A DNA stretch of 64,000 bases, taken from positions 1,935-65,934 of the forward strand of contig JBJDZN010000076.1 in the NCBI GenBank assembly GCA_051868045.1, read 5' to 3'. The notes below the pieces were generated by a model. It did not search any database. It was not told where the DNA came from and was given only the letters and a program-made list of their open reading frames with translations. Shown piece after piece: positions 57,810-64,000 of this stretch (within the stretch, counting starts at the first letter, position 1; each line of letters opens with the position of its first letter). The position numbers and the translations under genes are program-made. The stretch comes from Eubacteriales bacterium. GTDB taxonomy: Bacteria > Bacillota > Clostridia > Oscillospirales > CAG-272.

Positions 57810-60425
57810 ATGGAGAATAAGTACACGATCGTCGATAGCGTGGAGTCTTTTGAGATTGCCCTTGCAAAGGTCAGAGAGGCACAGAAGATTTATGCTACCT
57901 ATACACAGGAGCAGGTCGATAAGATTTTCTATGCGGCAAGCGTAGCGGCCAATCAGGCAAGAATTCCCCTTGCTAAGATGGCAGTTGCCGAAACCGGCAT
58001 GGGCGTTGCAGAGGATAAGGTGATCAAGAATCACTTTGCATCCGAGTATATCTACAACTACTATAAGGATATGAAGACCTGCGGCGTTATCGAAGAGGAT
58101 AAGGCATTCGGCATCACCAAGATTGCAGAGCCTATCGGTGTTGTTGCCGCCGTCATTCCCACCACCAACCCCACCTCTACTGCCATCTTCAAGACCCTGA
58201 TCTCCCTGAAGACCCGTAACGGCATTCTGATTTCCCCCCATCCCCGTGCTAAGAAGTGCACCATTGAGGCGGCTAAGATCGTTCTCGAGGCAGCCGTAAA
58301 GGCAGGCGCACCTGAGGGACTGATCAGTTGGATTGATGTGCCTTCCCTTGAGCTGACCAACCTTCTTATGAAGGAAGCAGACATTATCCTGGCAACCGGC
58401 GGTCCCGGAATGGTCAAGGCGGCATATTCTTCCGGAACCCCTGCTCTGGGTGTCGGCGCAGGTAATACCCCTGCAATCATCGACAATTCTGCAAACGTCA
58501 AGGTTGCCGTCAACTCGGTGATTCACTCCAAGACCTTTGATAACGGTATGATCTGTGCTTCCGAGCAGTCGGTTATCGTGCTTCCCGAGGTATATGACGC
58601 TGTCAAGGCAGAGTTTGCTGCAAGAGGTTGCTACTTCCTGAACCCCGAGGAGACCGAGAAGGTCCGCAAGACCATCATCATCAACGGTGCCGTCAATGCG
58701 AAGATCGTGGGTCAGACCGCATACACCATCGCTAAGATCGCAGGCATTGAGGTTCCTGAAAGAACCAAGATTCTGATCGGCGAGGTTGAATCGGTTGACA
58801 TTTCCGAGGAGTTTGCTCATGAGAAGCTGTCTCCCGTTCTGGCAATGTATCACGCAAACGATTTTGAAGACGCTCTTTCCAAGGCTGAGCATCTGGTACA
58901 CGACGGCGGTATGGGTCACACTGCCTGCCTCTACTGCGATGCCGTTGCTGAGCGTGCCAAGATTGACGAGTTCGCACTCCGTATGCCCAACTGCCGTATG
59001 CTGATCAATACCCCTGCATCTCAGGGCGCAATCGGCGACATCTATAACTTCAAGTTTGCTCCCTCCCTGACACTGGGATGCGGATCTTACGGTGGAAACA
59101 GCGTTTCCGAAAATGTGGGCTGCAAGCACCTTCTGAACATCAAGACGCTTGCCGAGAGGAGAGAGAATATGCTTTGGTTCCGTGCACCTGAAAAGGTTTA
59201 TATCAAGAAGGGCTGTCTGCCCGTTGCCCTTGACGAGCTGAAGGCCGTAATGGGCAAGAAGAGAGCTTTCATCGTCACCGACTCTTTCCTGTACAACAAC
59301 GGCTATACCAAGCCCATCGAGTCGAAGCTGGATGATATGGGCATTATGCACACCACCTTCTCCAACGTGGCTCCCGATCCCTCCCTTGCTTGCGCAAAGG
59401 AAGGTGCAGCTCTCATGAGCGCATTCAAGCCCGATACCATCATCGCCATCGGCGGCGGTTCTGCAATGGACGCTGCAAAGATCATGTGGGTTCTCTATGA
59501 GCATCCCGAGGTTGACTTCTTCGATATGGCAATGCGCTTTATGGACATCCGCAAGCGTGTCTACACCTTCCCCAAGATGGGTGAGAAGGCTTACTTCATC
59601 GCCATCCCCACCTCCGCAGGTACAGGCTCCGAGGTCACTCCTTTTGCGGTGATTACCGATCAGGACACCGGTGTGAAGTATCCTTTGGCTGACTATCAGC
59701 TGATGCCCAATATGGCGATTGTGGACGCCGACATGATGATGTCTGCTCCCAAGGGTCTGACCAGCGCATCGGGTATCGACGCTGTTTCCCACGATCTGGA
59801 GGCAATCGCATCGGTTATGGCAACCGACTATACCGACGGTCTGGCAAAGCAGTCGCTGAAGATGATCTTCGACTATCTGCCCAGAGCCTACAATGACGGA
59901 CCTCATGATCCCGCTGCCCGTGAAAAGATGGCAAATGCCGCAACCATGGCAGGTATGGCGTTTGCGAATGCCTTCCTGGGTGTCTGCCACTCCATGGCGC
60001 ACAAGCTGGGTGCCTTCCATCATCTGCCCCACGGCGTTGCCAATGCGCTGATGCTGGATGAGGTGATCCGCTTCAACTCTGCCGAAATTCCCACCAAGAT
60101 GGGCACCTTCCCCCAGTACGAGTATCCTCACACCAAGGCGAAGTATGCTGAGGTTGCAACCTACCTGGGACTTGCCGGCAATACCGACGACGAGAAGGTT
60201 GAGAGCCTGATTGCCGCTATCGACGAGCTGAAGGTTAAGATCGGTATCAAGCCCACCATCAAGGATTATGTTCCCGACGAGGCAGACTTCCTGGCACGTC
60301 TGGACGCCATGGTTGAGCAGGCGTTCGACGATCAGTGCACAGGCGCCAACCCCCGTTATCCCCTGATGAGCGAAATCAAGCAGATGTACTTGAACGCTTA
60401 CTACGGCAAGCATGAGGAAGTATAA
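57810..60425 (+). CDS. adhE: bifunctional acetaldehyde-CoA/alcohol dehydrogenase
   Basis: 871 aa with an N-terminal ALDH domain (catalytic FDNGMICASEQ) and a C-terminal Fe-ADH domain (GGGSAMDAAK, His cluster HSMAHKLG). GGAGGAG RBS and TTTACA/TGT-TAAAAT promoter. Confidence 0.95.
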   Translation: MENKYTIVDSVESFEIALAKVREAQKIYATYTQEQVDKIFYAASVAANQARIPLAKMAVAETGMGVAEDKVIKNHFASEYIYNYYKDMKTCGVIEEDKAFGITKIAEPIGVVAAVIPTTNPTSTAIFKTLISLKTRNGILISPHPRAKKCTIEAAKIVLEAAVKAGAPEGLISWIDVPSLELTNLLMKEADIILATGGPGMVKAAYSSGTPALGVGAGNTPAIIDNSANVKVAVNSVIHSKTFDNGMICASEQSVIVLPEVYDAVKAEFAARGCYFLNPEETEKVRKTIIINGAVNAKIVGQTAYTIAKIAGIEVPERTKILIGEVESVDISEEFAHEKLSPVLAMYHANDFEDALSKAEHLVHDGGMGHTACLYCDAVAERAKIDEFALRMPNCRMLINTPASQGAIGDIYNFKFAPSLTLGCGSYGGNSVSENVGCKHLLNIKTLAERRENMLWFRAPEKVYIKKGCLPVALDELKAVMGKKRAFIVTDSFLYNNGYTKPIESKLDDMGIMHTTFSNVAPDPSLACAKEGAALMSAFKPDTIIAIGGGSAMDAAKIMWVLYEHPEVDFFDMAMRFMDIRKRVYTFPKMGEKAYFIAIPTSAGTGSEVTPFAVITDQDTGVKYPLADYQLMPNMAIVDADMMMSAPKGLTSASGIDAVSHDLEAIASVMATDYTDGLAKQSLKMIFDYLPRAYNDGPHDPAAREKMANAATMAGMAFANAFLGVCHSMAHKLGAFHHLPHGVANALMLDEVIRFNSAEIPTKMGTFPQYEYPHTKAKYAEVATYLGLAGNTDDEKVESLIAAIDELKVKIGIKPTIKDYVPDEADFLARLDAMVEQAFDDQCTGANPRYPLMSEIKQMYLNAYYGKHEEV

Positions 60426-60436
60426 AGAATATCTCC

Positions 60437-60466
60437 AAAAACAGCGGTCGCAAGACCGCTGTTTTT
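60437..60466 (+). terminator. intrinsic terminator of adhE
   Basis: Stem AAAAACAGCGGTC/GACCGCTGTTTTT with a GCAA loop. Confidence 0.85.
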
Positions 60467-60491
60467 GCTGAAAAAGGAAAGGGGTTGCGCC

Positions 60492-60572
60492 GCGCCAACC
60501 CCCGTTATCCCCTGATGAGCGAAATCAAGCAGATGTATTTGAACGCTTACTATGGCAAGCATGAGGAAGTAT
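60492..60572 (+). repeat. 81-bp direct duplicate of the adhE 3' end (copy 1 = 60343..60423)
   Basis: 79 of 81 positions are identical by direct comparison. The two differences are C-to-T at third codon positions (TAC to TAT). The stop codon is not duplicated. Confidence 0.9.
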
Positions 60573-60705
60573 CACGAATTCCCCTGCCGGTGATGCCGGT
60601 GCTGATTGCAGTCCGAACGGTTGGGGCAATCATCCCATTTAAGCGTAAGAAAACTGCGGTAGATAAAAAATCTTGAAAAATTTCAAAAAAAATTTGATTA
60701 ACCCC

Positions 60706-60734
60706 TTGACAAACCCGATTCTTTGTGCTATTAT
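60706..60734 (+). promoter_or_regulatory. strong sigma-A promoter of the tRNA-Gly/Arg/His cluster
   Basis: A-rich upstream tract, AACCCC-TTGACA, 17 nt, TGC-TATTAT. The architecture closely matches the promoter at 17884. Confidence 0.7.
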
Positions 60735-60750
60735 AGACAGGCAATGAAAT

Positions 60751-60824
<74 letters not shown>

Positions 60825-60873
60825 CAAAAGAACTCTCATTGCTGTGCGGTGAGAGTTCTTTTAACTGTCCTTT

Positions 60874-60950
60874 GCTTCCGTAGCTCAGTTGGATAGAGCA
60901 CCTGCCTTCTAAGCAGGTGGTCGAGGGTTCGAGTCCCCCCGGGGGCGCCA
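60874..60950 (+). tRNA. tRNA-Arg (anticodon TCT)
   Basis: Acceptor GCTTCCG/CGGGGGC (two G-U pairs), D-arm TAGCTCAGTTGGATAGAGCA, anticodon arm CCTGC-CTTCTAA-GCAGG, encoded CCA. Confidence 0.8.
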
Positions 60951-60982
60951 TTGCAATCAGGCATAATTTGCTTCAAATATAT

Positions 60983-61060
60983 GGTGGGATTAGCTCAGTT
61001 GGTTAGAGCGCCAGGTTGTGGCCCTGGAGGTCATGGGTTCGACCCCCACATCTCACCCCA
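60983..61060 (+). tRNA. tRNA-His (anticodon GTG) with encoded G-1
   Basis: An extra 5' G opposite discriminator C, acceptor GTGGGAT/ATCTCAC, anticodon arm CCAGG-TTGTGGC-CCTGG, encoded CCA. Confidence 0.85.
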
Positions 61061-61255
61061 ACGGCAAATTATGCTGTAATTATAAAGCCTTCCCAATAGG
61101 GAGGGCAATTTTTTTGCATTTATGGTCATTTCATCTTGACATTTCGGCGAAATAATGGTAAACTACAGAAAATATCATCTGCTTCCATCGGACGGTGGTC
61201 TGCCGCAAGAACCCCCGATCCGATGCGGATCAATCAGAGAGGACGGTTGTTTTGG

Positions 61256-62269
61256 ATGAATACCTGTTCGGACGAACTTTTGAAAAGAGCCTATGAGTGC
61301 ATGGAAAAGCACAAGGCGGTCTACTATGACAAGGGAAATTATGTGAAGGCGGATTTCTGGGATTTTGCCGAGATTTTCGAGATCATCGAGGATCTCTACG
61401 AGGTTTCGGGAGATCAGTCCCTCTTTGCTATGTTTGAGGAAATGTACACCCACGCCATTTCGGCGTATGGGGAGACTTGGGAGAAAAATCCCTTCAACGA
61501 CGACATCATGTGGCTGTGCATAGCCTGCACCAGAGCCTACCTGTACACAGGGGAGAAGAAGTATCTGGACTCTGCCGTCCGGAATTTCGATCTGACCTGG
61601 AAGAGGGCATTTTCTCCCGACCTGGGCGGCGGAATGTTCTGGCGGGTGGAGAATCATTCCAAGAACACTTGCGTCAACTGCCCCGCTTCGGTAGCGGCGT
61701 CCCTGATTGCAAAGGCGACCGGCGACCAGACCTATTATGTCCGTGCGGCACTGACGCTGGATTGGGCGGAGCGCATGATGTTCGAGCCGGATACCGGCAA
61801 GGTCTATGACTGTGTCGGTCTGGACGGAAGGGTCAGCAAGTGGTCTTCTACCTATAATCAGGGCACCTTTATCGGCGCATCCCTTCTGATGTACGGTTAT
61901 ACCGGAGAGGAACGCTATCTGAAGAATGCCACGGCAGCCGCAAACTACGTCAAGGATGAGATGTACCACGGCGGCGTCATGAACAATGAGGAACCCGGCA
62001 ACGATCTGCCCGGTTTTAAGGGAATTCTCGCCCGCTATATCCGTCACTATGTGGATCTGACCGGCAATCAGGAGTTTAACGACTGGATGACTCTGAATGC
62101 CGATACTGCCTATGCCAACCGCAATGCACAGGGACTCATGCGTACGCAGCTTGCCGAAAAGACCGAGGACGGCACCGATTACGATGTCTTTGCCATGTCT
62201 GCTGCTGTGTCTGTGGTGGTCAATGCCCTGAAGACCAGGGTATCGGAATTTCCGTCAAGCCCCAAATAA
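61256..62269 (+). CDS. GH76 family glycoside hydrolase (alpha-1,6-mannanase family), no signal peptide
   Basis: FWDFAEIFE, the NDDIMWLCIA (NDD..W) motif, GGGMFW, and an (alpha/alpha)6-like pattern. Start uncertain between 61223 and 61256. Confidence 0.65.
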   Translation: MNTCSDELLKRAYECMEKHKAVYYDKGNYVKADFWDFAEIFEIIEDLYEVSGDQSLFAMFEEMYTHAISAYGETWEKNPFNDDIMWLCIACTRAYLYTGEKKYLDSAVRNFDLTWKRAFSPDLGGGMFWRVENHSKNTCVNCPASVAASLIAKATGDQTYYVRAALTLDWAERMMFEPDTGKVYDCVGLDGRVSKWSSTYNQGTFIGASLLMYGYTGEERYLKNATAAANYVKDEMYHGGVMNNEEPGNDLPGFKGILARYIRHYVDLTGNQEFNDWMTLNADTAYANRNAQGLMRTQLAEKTEDGTDYDVFAMSAAVSVVVNALKTRVSEFPSSPK

Positions 62270-62377
62270 GGAAAACATCCCCGGAAGTCTGATTCCGGGG
62301 GCTTCTTCCTGAAATAAAGGAAGATTGGCAGTTTCGGTATTCCAAATCGGTATCCCAAAAAGGAAAGAAAACAAAAA

Positions 62378-63721
62378 ATGAAAATGAGAGAATGGTTAAA
62401 TAAATTTTTGGCATGGGGAAAACTGCAAAGTTCCTACTTCTGGACCATTACCCGTTGGCTGATCTATGCCGTTGTGACCGGCGTGATCTGCGGGTTCATC
62501 GGCATCGGCTTTGACTATTATCTGGAGTTCGCCTCCGAGAGCTTCAGCACACATCCCTGGCTGATTTTCGGACTGCCTCTTTGCGGTCTTGTTATCGTAT
62601 GGCTGTATAAACGCTGTCGGGTGAAGAAGGATAACGGATTTGAGATGATCCTGGAGTCGGTGCGGGAGAATACCAAGGTTCCCTATCTGTGCGCTCCTCT
62701 GGTTTTTCTGTGTACCGGACTGACCCATCTGTTCGGCGGATCGTCGGGCAGAGAGGGAGCGGCACTGCAGATCGGCGGTACGGTGGGAACCCTGATCGGA
62801 CGAAGTTTTCACTTCCACGAGAAGGAGACCAACATCCTTGCCCTGTGCGGAATGTCCGCCCTGTTTTCGGCGGTATTCGGTACGCCCGTGACCGCCGCCA
62901 TTCTGGCAATCGAGATCGTCAGCACCGACGGTATCTATTATATGGCATTCTTCCCCTGCCTGATTGCCGCCATGATTGCCTATCTGCTGGCGGGATTTTG
63001 CGGCGTGATTGCCACCGCCGACCGTTTTTCAACCGTTGAAATACCTGCGCTGACCGGAAATACCTTTCTTCGGGTTCTGCTGGCGGCAGTCCTCTTCTCG
63101 GCGGTCACTATCCTGTTCGTCACGACGGTAAAGCTGATCAAAGCCCTCTTTCGAAAACTGTTCAAGCACCACTATCCCAGGATTTTCGTCGGCGGTATCC
63201 TTTTGCTGGTGATGACCGGTGCGGTCTTCTTGGCTACGGGAACCTTTGACTACAACGGAGCCGGAATGGCACTGGTGGTCAAAGCGGTCTCCGGTGAGGC
63301 ACGACCGGAAGCCTTCCTTCTGAAAATACTGTTTACCGCCGTCACTTTGGGATGCGGGTTCAAGGGCGGTAAAATCGTTCCCGCCTTCTGTATCGGCGCC
63401 ACCTTCGGATGCGTCATCGCTCCTCTGATCGGACTGGATCCCGGATTCTGTGCCACCCTTGGCATGATCGCACTGTTTTCCGGAATGGATAACTGCCCCC
63501 TGGCGGCAATCATGCTGGCGGCAGAGCTGTTCGGCTCCAACTATGGTGCCGATGGATTTGTCTTCTTCACCACGGTCTGCGCCGCCGCCTATATGCTGAC
63601 CGGCTATTTCTGCCTGTATTCCGGGCGTGAAAATATTTACAGCAGTCTGCTGATGGAATATGTTCATAAGCCCAAGAGCGAGTTGGATGAGGACGATTCC
63701 GACGAGGGTGTGCAAAAATGA
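62378..63721 (+). CDS. ClC-family voltage-gated chloride channel/antiporter homolog
   Basis: GSSGREGAALQIG and GFKGGKIVPAFCIGA selectivity-filter-like motifs, with at least 10 TM segments. Confidence 0.85.
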   Translation: MKMREWLNKFLAWGKLQSSYFWTITRWLIYAVVTGVICGFIGIGFDYYLEFASESFSTHPWLIFGLPLCGLVIVWLYKRCRVKKDNGFEMILESVRENTKVPYLCAPLVFLCTGLTHLFGGSSGREGAALQIGGTVGTLIGRSFHFHEKETNILALCGMSALFSAVFGTPVTAAILAIEIVSTDGIYYMAFFPCLIAAMIAYLLAGFCGVIATADRFSTVEIPALTGNTFLRVLLAAVLFSAVTILFVTTVKLIKALFRKLFKHHYPRIFVGGILLLVMTGAVFLATGTFDYNGAGMALVVKAVSGEARPEAFLLKILFTAVTLGCGFKGGKIVPAFCIGATFGCVIAPLIGLDPGFCATLGMIALFSGMDNCPLAAIMLAAELFGSNYGADGFVFFTTVCAAAYMLTGYFCLYSGRENIYSSLLMEYVHKPKSELDEDDSDEGVQK

Positions 63722-64000
63722 GCAGGGAAGAAGGGACTCCGGTGATGCCTGACTTTGATCCGACCTGCTGCACCCTCTGCCCCAGGCAATGCGGGGCAGA
63801 TCGGCGCACGGGTGCGGGACTTTGCGGCGGAGATCTGTCCATACGGATTGCCCGAGCCGCACCTCATTTCTGGGAGGAGCCCTGCATTTCGGGAACGAGG
63901 GGGTCTGGGGCGATCTTCTTTTCGGGATGCGCTCTGGGCTGCCTCTTCTGCCAGAACCGTCCCATCAGCCACGGAAACTTCGGAAAGGTGATCCCCCCTG
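63718..64000 (+). CDS. radical SAM protein, 5' part only (runs off the window)
   Basis: My own translation is MSREEGTPVMPDFDPTCCTLCPRQCGADRRTG...FFSGCALGCLFCQN, with a CxxxCxxC cluster. The ATG overlaps the ClC stop (ATGA). It is not in the ORF track because it is open-ended. Confidence 0.7.
   Translation, partial: MSREEGTPVMPDFDPTCCTLCPRQCGADRRTGAGLCGGDLSIRIARAAPHFWEEPCISGTRGSGAIFFSGCALGCLFCQNRPISHGNFGKVIPP

Noticed and set aside
57705-60413. A 902-aa minus-strand ORF, with similar giants at 24649..27114, 44573..46687, 3003..4289, 12707..13960, 14225..15727, 46700..47845, 36843..37349, 107..1126 and 19264..20313.
   Set aside because: The large ORFs checked are in exact codon register antisense to genes with unambiguous family motifs (adhE, GH43, pfkA and others). 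Their translations are Arg/Gly/His/Val-rich and low in information, with no RBS. They are shadow ORFs caused by avoidance of TTA, CTA and TCA in the sense strand.
60485-60676. A 63-aa ORF beginning inside the duplicated adhE tail.
   Set aside because: Its first 29 codons simply copy the adhE C-terminus, and it has no RBS and no ATG (a TTG start). I treat it as a recombination remnant and not as a gene.

Overview
This 64 kb window looks like ordinary chromosome from a moderately GC-rich anaerobic Firmicute. It is probably a gut Clostridia of the Oscillospiraceae/Ruminococcaceae type. That placement is an inference from gene content (AdhE, ThyX, BioY/BirA), the many lipobox lipoproteins, and TTGACA-17-TAnAAT promoters that often carry a TGn extension. 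I support about 60 protein genes and 5 tRNAs in two clusters (Thr-Tyr and Gly-Arg-His).

Housekeeping genes present are rsgA, trpS, pfkA, a comM/yifB-like gene, a beta-carbonic anhydrase, trmO, pepC, ilvA-ridA, bioY, thyX, a yfbR-like gene, birA and adhE. They are interspersed with an accessory surface and glycan gene set:
- three CotH-kinase-family lipoproteins
- GH5, two GH43, GH130 and GH76 enzymes
- two Gfo/Idh/MocA oxidoreductases and a sugar-phosphate isomerase
- an esterase lipoprotein

I found no rRNA, CRISPR array, transposase, integrase or phage genes.

The items most worth a second look are:
1. The CotH lipoprotein paralog family, with adhesin-like C-terminal modules, around a GH5 gene.
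2. An ECF-like sigma operon whose membrane partner carries an extracellular discoidin/CBM-like domain.
3. A 52-aa Cys-rich membrane peptide that is missing from the ORF track.
4. A stand-alone promoter-plus-terminator unit that looks like a CU-rich small RNA.
5. An 81-bp duplicate of the adhE 3' end next to a tRNA cluster.
6. A perfect 42-bp BirA-operator-type palindrome on the bioY promoter.

Many very long ORFs in the track are codon-aligned antisense shadows of real genes. They arise because sense-strand TTA, CTA and TCA codons are almost absent.

All family assignments come from motif recognition by eye. No database search was run, and start codons were chosen from RBS context.
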